Part shown: positions 38,694 to 49,210 of the stretch, piece by piece
How positions within the stretch are numbered: position 1 is the first letter of the stretch
Layout: each line of letters begins with the position of its first letter
DNA from: an uncultured archaeon
GTDB lineage: Archaea > Asgardarchaeota > Lokiarchaeia > Sigyniarchaeales > SOKP01
Direction of reading: 5' to 3'
Assembly (NCBI GenBank): GCA_964632315.1
Contig: CAZWEM010000018.1
Coordinates: forward strand, 1-64,000
Length of the DNA: 64,000 nucleotides
The notes under the pieces: generated by a model
Databases searched by the model: none
Told to the model about the DNA's origin: nothing
Seen by the model: only the letters and a program-made list of their open reading frames with translations
Position numbers and translations under genes: made by a program

Positions 38694-40802
38694 TTAAAAC
38701 CTTGCGTCTTTTCTTCTCTTGATTAAGATAGTAGCAATGCCAACCAATCCAACTCCAGCAATTAATAGGATTAATGCCCAAAAGCCTGGAGCTTCAAATA
38801 CCATGTATACACTGAAGGTTGGATCATGCCAAATACCAGAACCATCGTTGAATGCTGGGTAACAAACAGCATATGCCATTACATTAAGGCTTACTTTTAA
38901 TCGAATGTCAGTAGCAAAGGTCAAAACTTCACTAGTATCGGAAGAAACAAAAGTATCATGTCTTTCAACTTCACCTTCATATAATGCAAGTGGAATGACT
39001 GCACTAGATGCCGGTGCTGTATTTCTTGAGGCTTCATCTTCAACCCCATATTCATAATCCGGTCCTGCGATATCAACAAAAGCTAATTTATCTTTAAAGG
39101 ATTTTCCGAGATAATTTCCAACCTTGAGTGTATGCGTTTGATTGTTATAATCATCTGCTGGATCTAATAAAGTTGTTGGATCCTCAGGATTTTCTCCCAT
39201 AGTAGCAACATTAAGGTGGAAATGAAGCATTGTGGAAAGATATATTATTGACATGTCTAACCCATCAATATTATTATTAGCTTTACCTGTAGGGCCGTTC
39301 CACGGTGAAAAGAATTGATCTAACTTGATTGGGGCATATAAAATACCGGCTGCAACTTCTCTTGGTTCAAAACTAAAACCAAAATGGATATATTGTAAGT
39401 TTTCTTCTGTAGCTCCTAGATATGAATTTAAATCGACTCCAACGGGAACAGGAATAATAGTTGGATTATTTAATGTTAATCCCCAAGAGATTTTATTAGC
39501 TCCTGTTTTATGCGGTCGTTCAAACGTGAAATCACCAACGGTTCCAAGCATTATTCTATGGGTAATCTCTGAACGATCTGGCACTTGAATAGGAACTCCA
39601 TCAAGTGTCAAGGTACTATTACCGACAGTAACGTCTTTATAAGAGGAAGAAACAATCCCATCATGGTTAGAGTCATTATAGAGAAAGACCCCTCCTAAAT
39701 GGTGAGTGAAAAGGTAGAATTCAATGTCTAATCCTCTAAAAATACTAGCGATATCAGTTGGTCCAGAGCCTCCTCCTCCAATTAAATCGACAATTGCGGA
39801 TGCATTAATATGGACTTCGAAATTTTTCATCCATAATTGAACTAAATCAAAAGTAAATGCAGTAAAGTGATTTTCAGCTAAAGAAACTTCATCTGTAGGC
39901 CTTAATAGCCATTCCATGTAACTATCTTTTCGAGATTTTGCCGTAGTATTCCAACTATTCAATAACTCAGTTGCGTTAATAATACCTATTGCTGAAGTCA
40001 AGTTGTTATCATATGGACCATTCACGGTGTAGTCATTACCAGTAACTTTCCAAGTTTTTTCCAATGAAAATCCTGGAAGGGGCGTGATTTGCATGCTTTG
40101 CCACGTGATTGGATTTACTGCAAATAATTCTTCTCCTGTAAAAATGTCGTTTATGTGAATTAAGAACCAAGATAGAACTTCTACACCTTTACGAATTAAT
40201 AGTTGCTGATCCTCATTAGATAAAGAATTAAGATTTGTTCCCATTAATTCATTTATAAAATCGATAACTTTTTGAATGGCAGTAATAAATGACTTATCTT
40301 GATCATAAATTAAGAGTGTAACTCCGCCACCTATAGTGACCGAATAATTAGCCATTCCCGCCTTCTTTACTTCACAATAAGCATATCCATCAGTTGTAGG
40401 TATGTCACTCTGATCATAATCACGAGGAGGCATGTAATATTCATAAGTAGGTTGACCGTATTGACTAAAATCTCTTGTTCCGTTTACGGTCTTTTCTTGG
40501 AATGCACTAAGTGCGTACACTCCTGGCATAATTTCAGATTCACTGAAATTGCTTAAAGTTTGCATTAGAAGCATTTCAAAAACTTGACCTAAAATTTGGC
40601 CCCCATAACCTAACCCCGAAAACATGCTACCAAAGCCCCCGAACACGTTTAAAAGCTGATCAGGGCTACTAATCCCTGAGATTTGATCAAACTCGTAACT
40701 ATCATCATCATTTCCATAACCCGCAGCCATGACTGGTGTTGCTACTGCAGAAGCAATTAGCAAGGTAAAAATCATTACAGATTTAACGTTTATTTTCTTC
40801 AT
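38694..40802 (-). CDS. Secreted cell-surface glycoprotein with PGF-CTERM-like anchor
   Basis: Signal peptide, many N-x-S/T sequons, IWHDP motif, then APGF + TM helix + KRRK. Confidence 0.65.
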   Translation of the reverse strand: MKKINVKSVMIFTLLIASAVATPVMAAGYGNDDDSYEFDQISGISSPDQLLNVFGGFGSMFSGLGYGGQILGQVFEMLLMQTLSNFSESEIMPGVYALSAFQEKTVNGTRDFSQYGQPTYEYYMPPRDYDQSDIPTTDGYAYCEVKKAGMANYSVTIGGGVTLLIYDQDKSFITAIQKVIDFINELMGTNLNSLSNEDQQLLIRKGVEVLSWFLIHINDIFTGEELFAVNPITWQSMQITPLPGFSLEKTWKVTGNDYTVNGPYDNNLTSAIGIINATELLNSWNTTAKSRKDSYMEWLLRPTDEVSLAENHFTAFTFDLVQLWMKNFEVHINASAIVDLIGGGGSGPTDIASIFRGLDIEFYLFTHHLGGVFLYNDSNHDGIVSSSYKDVTVGNSTLTLDGVPIQVPDRSEITHRIMLGTVGDFTFERPHKTGANKISWGLTLNNPTIIPVPVGVDLNSYLGATEENLQYIHFGFSFEPREVAAGILYAPIKLDQFFSPWNGPTGKANNNIDGLDMSIIYLSTMLHFHLNVATMGENPEDPTTLLDPADDYNNQTHTLKVGNYLGKSFKDKLAFVDIAGPDYEYGVEDEASRNTAPASSAVIPLALYEGEVERHDTFVSSDTSEVLTFATDIRLKVSLNVMAYAVCYPAFNDGSGIWHDPTFSVYMVFEAPGFWALILLIAGVGLVGIATILIKRRKDARF

Positions 40803-41030
40803 GACTTCTTGATCACGAAATGTTTTTAATTAAATGCTAAAATTAAAGAAATGATCTGGGTTTTTAATAATTTTTATTCTATCTCAATAGAAAATTAGAA
40901 GAGCTTGACAGTGATTGCTAAAACTGAACGTTAATTATTATTTATATCACATTCGAGGAAGAATCAATCTTGAAAATGAAATTTAAACGGCTCTAAATGA
41001 CTAATTTTCAGTTAAATACATTGAGGACTT

Positions 41031-42053
41031 TCATTCAATGGTAATGAAGGTGTAGAAAAGAACAACAATATAGATTATTGCTGAAACCAAGAGACTCCAA
41101 ACTCTTAACAATTCACTAATTTCTGAACTCGTGAAGATCACATTAGAACCGATAAATACTGCTGCAATGAAGTATCCCACTAGATGTCCTTTAAAACCTT
41201 TATACTTGGATTTCCCTCTAATATAATTCACTAATGAGGTAAAAATGATGATGACAAATCCAGCATAATAAAAAAAGTTAATGATATTATATTCAAAAAT
41301 CCCCCAATATCGACTTAAGTCGAGGTATAACAAAAAGGCGAATAAAATTCCTTCAAAAACTTTCACCTTCCAAAACCTATGTTTAGTAGGAGTTTCACTC
41401 CAAATTTGTTCATATTCACTGATTCCTTGATTCGAGAAAAGAATGATTAAGGATCCGAATGCAAGTGCGGTAAATAATGAGTATGAAAAAATAAATAGAT
41501 AGGGAAGAATTTTAACCCAAATTCGATTCCATAAAAAGAGTGAAATGTTAAAATATTGATTTATAATACTTGCAGTACAAAAAATAGGGATGAGAGCAAA
41601 GAGAACCATTAAAAATTTGGTAAAGAAAGAAATTTTTGTATCATCTTCCCAGTTTTCTTTTCTAAAGGTCATTAATCGCCATGCAAATGAAGCAAAACTT
41701 AATATGGAAACTATAGGAGTTACAAGGGGAAAAATGAAAATAAATAGAATATAAACTGCATTTATTCCATAAAAAAACTTCAATCTTGAAGGGACAACTC
41801 CAATCTTCTCGTCAAACAATTCCATGGATTCTGCTAAGCGAGTTGCAAATAAAATCAAAAAAAAAAGCCATGAAACGCTAAAAACTATTGGAATTGCGAG
41901 ATGAATTACCCAAAAAGTAAGGATCGGATCATCGGAATACCATAAAGTGAAAGGGACGAGATTATAAATCAAAAAGATACTTATGGGGACGCAAATAATT
42001 AAGATTAACACTATAACTCTTGTAATAATTAATCCCTTTACTTCTCTGGGCAT
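41031..42053 (-). CDS. Polytopic membrane protein, unknown function
   Basis: About 9 hydrophobic segments. Confidence 0.7.
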   Translation of the reverse strand: MPREVKGLIITRVIVLILIICVPISIFLIYNLVPFTLWYSDDPILTFWVIHLAIPIVFSVSWLFFLILFATRLAESMELFDEKIGVVPSRLKFFYGINAVYILFIFIFPLVTPIVSILSFASFAWRLMTFRKENWEDDTKISFFTKFLMVLFALIPIFCTASIINQYFNISLFLWNRIWVKILPYLFIFSYSLFTALAFGSLIILFSNQGISEYEQIWSETPTKHRFWKVKVFEGILFAFLLYLDLSRYWGIFEYNIINFFYYAGFVIIIFTSLVNYIRGKSKYKGFKGHLVGYFIAAVFIGSNVIFTSSEISELLRVWSLLVSAIIYIVVLFYTFITIE

Positions 42054-42205
42054 GCTTTTATCTGAATTGTTAAATCGTAATTATGTATAATATAGAGATT
42101 AATCAATATAAATGATGATTTTTCCATAATTCTTGAATAAGAATTTGAAATATCAAAAGATTGAAAAATAAGAGAAAAATATTTTCTGGTATATTTTATT
42201 AGCAA

Positions 42206-42946
42206 TTAATTTTTAAAGCCACAATTCGTACAAAACTCATCTCCTGGACTTAGCTTAGAACCACAATTAGTACAGAAATCTGTTTCTACTCCATCTAATG
42301 TAGGTTCTGATACGTCCGGAACTTTACCTTTTGTTTTCTTCACTTTTTGAGTCTTTCCCCCCTCGGGTTTATATTTGAGACTACCAATAAAGCCCCCAAA
42401 GACAGCTCCTACTAACGAACCTTCTAAAATAGAAGTGAAAACGGCCAAGGCATAGGGTAAATCTGTAAGTCCTGTGGTTAACCCATCAATGATGCCACCT
42501 ATGAGAGCACCAACGGTGGGAATGAAAGGGAGAATGAAATATATCAGAAGAGCAGGAATCATGTATCCGATTCCTATCGCCAAACTAGTATGTATCCCTC
42601 CTCTTGGAGAATGAGCAGAAATTGCGGCTGTTATAGAACAGCATAAAATCCACGGTAGAATTACTGAAATTAGGAGCAAAACATCATCAGGTCTATAGAA
42701 TAAACACCAATGAATTGGAAACAGGAATATCAATATCAAACCGATAAATGCCCCACCAATAACTCCAAGTATTGCTCCTAAGCCTCCCATTAAGGTTCCT
42801 AAAGAACCTAATGCATCATTTAAATTTGTAATTAACCCTCCAGTAATAGAACCAGTTAAATCAAGGAAAGAAAAACTAATCCACGCCATAGGAATTAAAC
42901 AAAGCATCCCTACACAGCCAGACCATACTACACGAACAAATCCCAA
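42206..42946 (-). CDS. Membrane protein with C-terminal zinc ribbon
   Basis: Gly-rich TM helices, then FCTNCG...FCTNCG. Confidence 0.7.
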   Translation of the reverse strand: MGFVRVVWSGCVGMLCLIPMAWISFSFLDLTGSITGGLITNLNDALGSLGTLMGGLGAILGVIGGAFIGLILIFLFPIHWCLFYRPDDVLLLISVILPWILCCSITAAISAHSPRGGIHTSLAIGIGYMIPALLIYFILPFIPTVGALIGGIIDGLTTGLTDLPYALAVFTSILEGSLVGAVFGGFIGSLKYKPEGGKTQKVKKTKGKVPDVSEPTLDGVETDFCTNCGSKLSPGDEFCTNCGFKN

Positions 42947-43158
42947 ATGAAATAACCTCTTTCAAACGTATTGTTTCTATCAATTTTAATTTTATATTTT
43001 GCTTACTAATTCAAACACGGTTCGAATATTTATAATTTTGGTTATGATAATTCAAGCATTTCCGATTTAATTTTAAATCAAAATGAGTTTATGAATTATT
43101 ATTTATCTTAAAAAACTTAAAGATGATTCGTCAAAAAAGGGAATAAAAATAATTATAT

Positions 43159-43851
43159 TTATTTGATACGTTTAATGCTTCCTTTTTCCATAGTTACTAC
43201 ATGGTCGGCATAAGATGTTAACGAGCCTCGGTGGGTTACTACTATAATCGTAGTTTCCATATCCTTATTAATTTGCTTCAATAGTTCCATTACTTGCTTC
43301 TCCGATTCGGGATCCAAATTTCCAGTTGGCTCATCTGCTAAGATAACTCTTGGTCGGTGAACAATTGCTCGAGCAAGTCCACACCTTTGTTTTTCTCCTC
43401 CCGACATCTGCACGGGATAATGATCTTTACGTTCGAGCAAATTCACATCTCTTAAGGCAGCAATAGCCCTATTTTCAATTTCTTTTTCTCTGAGCACCGT
43501 TGGCCACAACAAGGATTCAACATTTTCAATAGCGGTTAAAGTAGGCACGAGATTGAAATCTTGAAACACAAAGCCAATTTTTTGTCTCCTTATCTTACTT
43601 AAACGGTCTTCGGTTGCTCTTGCAATGTTTTCTCCATCGAAAATGATTTTTCCGGAGTCTGGTAAATCCAATCCAGATAATACATTTAATAGTGTACTTT
43701 TTCCGCATCCTGTTGGGCCTTGAACTATCACAAATTCACCCGATTTAATTGTTAGGTTTATGTCAGCTAAGGCTCTGATGATTGCTCCTGCCCTACGATA
43801 TTCCTTGTTTACATCAATTGCTTCTATCATGGTATCTTTATCTACTGGCAC
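43159..43851 (-). CDS. ABC transporter ATP-binding protein (LolD/MacB-like)
   Basis: GPTGCGKST, IGFVFQ.FNL, MSGGEKQR, LADEPTGNLD, VVTH. Confidence 0.92.
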   Translation of the reverse strand: MPVDKDTMIEAIDVNKEYRRAGAIIRALADINLTIKSGEFVIVQGPTGCGKSTLLNVLSGLDLPDSGKIIFDGENIARATEDRLSKIRRQKIGFVFQDFNLVPTLTAIENVESLLWPTVLREKEIENRAIAALRDVNLLERKDHYPVQMSGGEKQRCGLARAIVHRPRVILADEPTGNLDPESEKQVMELLKQINKDMETTIIVVTHRGSLTSYADHVVTMEKGSIKRIK

Positions 43852-43858
43852 TTTTCAC

Positions 43859-44413
43859 TCACTCTCCAACCTTTTTTAATGCTATAATTGGTCTAACTTT
43901 GTAAATCTTTCTATTAGCTAGAATTATAGCTAATACCTGAGCAAGAAGAAAAAGCACAAACGTAAAGACTACTGGCAATAAATCAATCAATACTAAAGGT
44001 ACTTCCGTTACTAAATTCGCAGATTGAAGATACCCAACTCCAGCAGTATAATGAAAAAGTACCTCGATCACGATGATAAACCCAATGAGAGTAGTAAAAA
44101 ATATTTTACCAGTAACAAGAGAGTTAATGTTCTTATTGGTATATCCAATACATTTTAAGGTTGCCCAAGTTTTTCTATTTCGAGCAACTATTATCCATGC
44201 ATAAAGTAATGAAAGAAGTAAACTGACACCAAAAAAGATTAGAACAAAATATCCAGCGTTTCCTTCTAATCCACCATTAAATGCCAGTTGCATGAAAAGA
44301 CTTGTTAAAAATATTAATGAGGTATAAATTAGAATGAAAACTGTGAAGGTCTTCTTTTCTCTTAGGGTCATTAACACTGCTTTTTTCCACAGTCTAAAAG
44401 CCATAATATTCAC
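43859..44413 (-). CDS. FtsX-like ABC permease, minimal 4-TM form
   Basis: RNRKTWATLKCIGY (cf. R.E.A.LK..G) and C-terminal RPIIALK. Confidence 0.75.
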   Translation of the reverse strand: MNIMAFRLWKKAVLMTLREKKTFTVFILIYTSLIFLTSLFMQLAFNGGLEGNAGYFVLIFFGVSLLLSLLYAWIIVARNRKTWATLKCIGYTNKNINSLVTGKIFFTTLIGFIIVIEVLFHYTAGVGYLQSANLVTEVPLVLIDLLPVVFTFVLFLLAQVLAIILANRKIYKVRPIIALKKVGE

Positions 44414-44491
44414 TGATTACAAAAATTAATTTTTTAAATAAATTCTTTGATAAGTATTATAATAAAATGATAATAAAAATTTTGGGATAAA

Positions 44492-44896
44492 ATGTCAGCA
44501 GAAATAGAAACATTAATTGATGAATTATTAAATGAAGAACAGAATGTATTTGGAGTGGCTGTAATTAGTCAATCAGGATCATTAATCACTCAAACTGAAA
44601 ATTGGGATATATCAAGTGATATGGGTCAACTTAATGAACTCTTAAACACTAAACTAGAGTTAGGACAAAAAGGAATGTCTTCAATTACTATTCAAGGCAT
44701 TAAATACATGATTGTTGAAAATACGGAAGAAAGAAAAATAGGAACTAATATTCAAGGTAAAGGACATTTAATTATCGCTCCTGCTCCAGTTGGAGGTACA
44801 GGTGCTTTAGTTTGTTATCTTAATCCTCAGAGTGGACCCAGAGATGCTTTATTCACTGTTCAATCGTTTGCTTTAAAGCTTGCGGCTCATCTTTAA
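44492..44896 (+). CDS. Profilin (Lokiarchaeal type)
   Basis: GVAVIS..GSLITQTENW, KLELG.KG.SSITIQGIKYMIVENTEERKIGTN..GKGH, GGTGAL..Y.NP..GPRD, as recalled from Loki profilins. Confidence 0.9.
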   Translation: MSAEIETLIDELLNEEQNVFGVAVISQSGSLITQTENWDISSDMGQLNELLNTKLELGQKGMSSITIQGIKYMIVENTEERKIGTNIQGKGHLIIAPAPVGGTGALVCYLNPQSGPRDALFTVQSFALKLAAHL

Positions 44897-44905
44897 GAGC
44901 TTATA

Positions 44906-46009
44906 TTATTTATTTAAATCTAGTGTCTTCCAATATCCAACAAATAAGTGTAATAAAGTATATTTTATCTTTTTTATCTCTTCTCTTAAATTTTTACTCA
45001 TGGGAAAATCTTCAAATTCAGGAACTTGATATTTCTCATCTAAAAGAGCTTTAATTATAGCTAGTGTACAGTAAGGTAAACCAATTAAACTATATCCTCC
45101 TTCTAGTATAAATGCTAGTTTACCTTCACATAATTTTAAACTTAACTTTTTAATTCTATTCGAGAATTGGTAATACGCATCACTAGTTAAATTATTATTT
45201 CCAATTGGATCATCAAAATACATGTCGAATCCCATGGCAACAATTATTAATTCAGGCTGAAAACCTTCGAGAATTGGTTCAACAATATCAAACAAACTTA
45301 AAAATTCTGAATTGATAAGACCTGGTGGAACAGGAAAGTTTATATTTGTTCCCTTTCCTAAACCATCTCCAACTTCGTTAATCATTCCTAAATCCCCGCT
45401 TTGATAGTCAAATTCATGTATTGAAAAATAAAGTACTGTGGGATCTTCATAGAAATAACGAGCCAGTCCGTCACCGAAATGATTATCTATATCAACGATG
45501 GCAATTTTACCTTGAAAATTTAATTTTTGCCTGAGATATAAAATTGCAATAGCAATGTTATTAAATATACATAATCCTGACGCAGCTTCTTGCAATGCGT
45601 GATGTCCTGGCGGACGAATTAATGCGATAGAATGTTCAAATTTTCCCTCCACGACGGACTTTAAAGCTTGAACAGCTCCCCCTACGGCTTTCTTTGCAAG
45701 TCTAAATGTGTTTTTTGTTATAAAGACCTCATCTGAAATTAATCCTCCTCCTAATCTAGAAATTCTTTTAATAGATTCAACGTGATAACGAGAATGTGCT
45801 AATAATAAATCATTCACCGTAATTTTTAGTGGATAAATCCTTTCTATATTACTTTTTTCAAAAATTCCCCGTTTTTTCAATTCACGGAGAATATTCGAAA
45901 TCCTTTTGGGATTCTCATAAGATATGAAGCTTGGTCTTGGAAATGGAGGTTCATGCATGTAAGTAAAGCCACTATCTGTTATAATCGCTATTTTTTTTCT
46001 TTCACTCAT
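44906..46009 (-). CDS. Histone deacetylase family protein
   Basis: RPPGHHA, SGLCIFNN, DIDNHFGDG, SIH, GFD...DP, LEGGY. Confidence 0.9.
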   Translation of the reverse strand: MSERKKIAIITDSGFTYMHEPPFPRPSFISYENPKRISNILRELKKRGIFEKSNIERIYPLKITVNDLLLAHSRYHVESIKRISRLGGGLISDEVFITKNTFRLAKKAVGGAVQALKSVVEGKFEHSIALIRPPGHHALQEAASGLCIFNNIAIAILYLRQKLNFQGKIAIVDIDNHFGDGLARYFYEDPTVLYFSIHEFDYQSGDLGMINEVGDGLGKGTNINFPVPPGLINSEFLSLFDIVEPILEGFQPELIIVAMGFDMYFDDPIGNNNLTSDAYYQFSNRIKKLSLKLCEGKLAFILEGGYSLIGLPYCTLAIIKALLDEKYQVPEFEDFPMSKNLREEIKKIKYTLLHLFVGYWKTLDLNK

Positions 46010-46125
46010 GTTATTGACTCTCGAATATTGAAATAATACCTAAACTAATATATTAAAAATTGCTTGATCTATCTTAAATCAAATCATTTGAATTAATAAT
46101 AGAATATTAAAATGAGTAAAATAAC

Positions 46126-48336
46126 ATGACAGTCATAGAATTCGCATTAACTATTCTTTACAACCTTCTTCCAATAATTATAATCGCTATACCTTATTTT
46201 TTTATTAGAAAGAGGTTTACGGGTAAACTTTATTATCGGATTTTGATGGGAATAATTGTTTTCTATCTGATTTACTGGGTTCTTCCAATAATATTCCAAA
46301 TTAATGAACCTCCACTTGAATTAACTGGAGGAAGTTTTGGATTAGGAATTGGATATATAGCAGCCCACTTTGGTTCGTTAATTGCATTTTTTGCCTCCTA
46401 TCCGCTTGTAACGCTACCTTTTATTTTCTTTCTCGCGCCGCTCATTTCATTTGTTATGGTTTGGAATCATGTAAGAAAACAAGATGGTTCCATAAAAAGT
46501 AAGTTAGATTCCTTAACGTTCCAACTTAATCAAAGTCCATTTGAATCTATAAAAAAGGGACTCATGAAAAGTGATTGGACACGAGAAAAAGATATTTTAA
46601 AACTCTTGATCGTGCTTTTACCAATCTCTCTTTACTTGCTTCAAGTCATTCTTTCTGTAGCTGGTTATGAAACTGTATCATTAACTACCGGGGAAACAAC
46701 ATTGGGTTGGTTTTTGGAGATTTTGTTTGTCTATTTAACCACCTTCATATTTAGTATTGAAATATTATTCAGTTCTCAAATTGCATTGAAGGGTAGACAA
46801 TTTGGAGAAACAATTAGAACTCAAACATTTAAAAGCCTTTATACTGTTGGAGCTCCTATTTCGATACTCTCAATCATCTTGTTCATTGCTCAATATTTAG
46901 AATCGCTACTAATTATCATATACTTTTTCGCTTATTTTATCATGGCTTCAGTGATTTTCATCCTTTTTTTAAAATTTTTTGAACCAATTTCTATTCTTAT
47001 TTTTGTCAAGTTGGTTAATTGGTGGAAGAATAGAAAAAAACAAAGTAAAATTTCTAACAATCGTAATCTTATCTATATTCTTACATACACTTTATTTGCT
47101 GTAGTTGGGTATTTAATTCTTTATTGGATTTCCTTCTTTGGATACACCTCTGCTTTCCCAAATGGAAGTGATATCATAACTAGTGCTAAATTTAATCAAA
47201 GTCAGTCCTTGCTATATGCTTTCGGGTTTGATATGATAAATATCTATAACTTTCTCACTCTTACCGTTTTACCATTGATAATCTCGATTCTCACGATCTT
47301 CTATGGATTTAAAAAACTTTCTAACAAAACAATGGGTTATATAGCATTTTTTGCTATCGTTTTACCATTTTCAATCGTTCTGCCTTTATTCGGGGTTTTG
47401 GGTTTGGTATCTTTTGGGACAGATTTTTATTGGATAACTGGACAAACTAGTTTTACTACGGTATTTGGATTCTCGTTTTTCACTCTTCGATCTGCTGGTC
47501 TTAATGCGACTTTAGTTGAAACTGATTTATTAGGGTATCTTTCCCTCCCTTATATTTTTACAAGATATATATTCAACATCATTATTTGGAGTCTATTGAT
47601 CTACTACATTGGGAAATCATTCAAAACCAAAACACTTCCAAAGGATGAGAATAAGCTAGAAAGAATGATCTTTTCCAATGTTGATGAGTTAATGCATTTT
47701 GATGATTATATCGAAGGAGAAATCCCCTATTTAGTAGCCCAAAGTAGCGATTTCAATACAGATGATTTACTTACTGAACGAGATGAAATTAAGGAGATAA
47801 TGAACATGTTGGAAACTGAAAAATTATTAAGTGAAATAACTCCTCCTGAGGAAAATGAAAAAAAAAGGTTCTATTTTACTTTAAAATATCTCTACAACAA
47901 TGGATTCATTGAAATCTTTAGACCAGAATTCAGTTATGAGACTGAAGTGGTCGAAAAACAAGGTTTATATATCATATATGATGACGGTCGAGGAATTTTC
48001 AATTATAGCTTTTCTGAGGAATTTGATCAAGACCCAGGACTTATTTCGGGGATGTTCTCTGCAATTACTTCATTTATAAAAGAAACGACGCGTTCTCAGG
48101 ATCTCTTAAAAACGATTGATCATGGTGATATAAGGATCCTTTTAGAATACGGAAACCGAGTTTTTGGTGCTTTATTTATTAAAGGCAAGCAATCCACGGT
48201 TGTGAGGAGTCAACTAAGAGAATTTGTAACTAGTTTTGAGAAGAAATATGCTGATGTATTAAAAGATTGGAGTGGAGCCTTAATTCATTTCAAGGATGAT
48301 AATAAATTAGTAGAACGATTATTTAAAGAAGAATAA
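46126..48336 (+). CDS. Polytopic membrane protein (~12 TM) with C-terminal cytoplasmic longin-like domain
   Basis: Hydrophobic N-terminal ~495 aa; C-terminal GLYIIYDDGR...DPGLISGMFSAITSFIKET...TIDHGD..ILLEYG. Confidence 0.7.
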   Translation: MTVIEFALTILYNLLPIIIIAIPYFFIRKRFTGKLYYRILMGIIVFYLIYWVLPIIFQINEPPLELTGGSFGLGIGYIAAHFGSLIAFFASYPLVTLPFIFFLAPLISFVMVWNHVRKQDGSIKSKLDSLTFQLNQSPFESIKKGLMKSDWTREKDILKLLIVLLPISLYLLQVILSVAGYETVSLTTGETTLGWFLEILFVYLTTFIFSIEILFSSQIALKGRQFGETIRTQTFKSLYTVGAPISILSIILFIAQYLESLLIIIYFFAYFIMASVIFILFLKFFEPISILIFVKLVNWWKNRKKQSKISNNRNLIYILTYTLFAVVGYLILYWISFFGYTSAFPNGSDIITSAKFNQSQSLLYAFGFDMINIYNFLTLTVLPLIISILTIFYGFKKLSNKTMGYIAFFAIVLPFSIVLPLFGVLGLVSFGTDFYWITGQTSFTTVFGFSFFTLRSAGLNATLVETDLLGYLSLPYIFTRYIFNIIIWSLLIYYIGKSFKTKTLPKDENKLERMIFSNVDELMHFDDYIEGEIPYLVAQSSDFNTDDLLTERDEIKEIMNMLETEKLLSEITPPEENEKKRFYFTLKYLYNNGFIEIFRPEFSYETEVVEKQGLYIIYDDGRGIFNYSFSEEFDQDPGLISGMFSAITSFIKETTRSQDLLKTIDHGDIRILLEYGNRVFGALFIKGKQSTVVRSQLREFVTSFEKKYADVLKDWSGALIHFKDDNKLVERLFKEE

Positions 48337-48352
48337 AATTAATTTTTTTATT

Positions 48353-49156
48353 TTAATCTGGAATTGTAGCCACAGCTCTGACCCACCCTGCACTAGCTCG
48401 AGCAATTTTAACTGGAAAACAATAAATTGTAGCCCCGACGGGAGGAACTTTATCTAAGTTATTCATTTTTTCCATCTGATAATACCCTAATTCTATACCT
48501 GCAAAATGGCCTTCCCAAATAAGAGACGCATCTGGATTTTTTTCTTTTACTGTTTTTTTCCACTTTTGAGCTGTTAAGGCGAAAGGAGCATCCCAAGACC
48601 ATGCATCAATTCCGACCACGTGTACGCCTTGTTTTATGATATGAAGTGTAGCCTCTTTACCAACTCCCACCCCTTTATTAATATAATCCTTAGTACCATA
48701 AAATTTAGGAGCATTCGTATGCACGCATAATATATCTCCTTCTTTTAATGTATGATCAATTTCCAATAATTTTTTGTCTATATCCTTGGGACTCATAACG
48801 TAACCTTCTTCATAGTTAGTGCAATCCAACACTATAAGAGGGCCTATCCCCCATTCTAAAGGAAATTGATCAATAGTTTGAGCTTTTTTTACTCCGATAG
48901 CTTTATCTTGAACTGGTGCAAAATGCCAAGGAGCATCCATGTGGGTCCCACTATGAGTACCTAACGTTATATTTTCCGTTGCCCACCCTTTTCCATCAGG
49001 AAGATGTTTCTCGGGGTCCAATTTAAAAAAAACAAATCCCATTTCTTCTGCTCCACGTTCATGAGTTCCATATTCAATGTGAGGTTGAGTGAGGGGAGGA
49101 TCAAATACTAATTCGTCGGGATTGATAATTGGAATTGAAAGATCAATAAATTTCAT
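48353..49156 (-). CDS. Cyclase family protein (kynurenine formamidase-like)
   Basis: IDLSIPI, HSGTHMDAPWHF, VGIDAWSWD, EKM.NL, RAVA. Confidence 0.88.
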   Translation of the reverse strand: MKFIDLSIPIINPDELVFDPPLTQPHIEYGTHERGAEEMGFVFFKLDPEKHLPDGKGWATENITLGTHSGTHMDAPWHFAPVQDKAIGVKKAQTIDQFPLEWGIGPLIVLDCTNYEEGYVMSPKDIDKKLLEIDHTLKEGDILCVHTNAPKFYGTKDYINKGVGVGKEATLHIIKQGVHVVGIDAWSWDAPFALTAQKWKKTVKEKNPDASLIWEGHFAGIELGYYQMEKMNNLDKVPPVGATIYCFPVKIARASAGWVRAVATIPD

Positions 49157-49210
49157 GTTAAAAACCTATTTTTTAATTAATATTATAACAATATCAATAC
49201 ACATTGAAAT

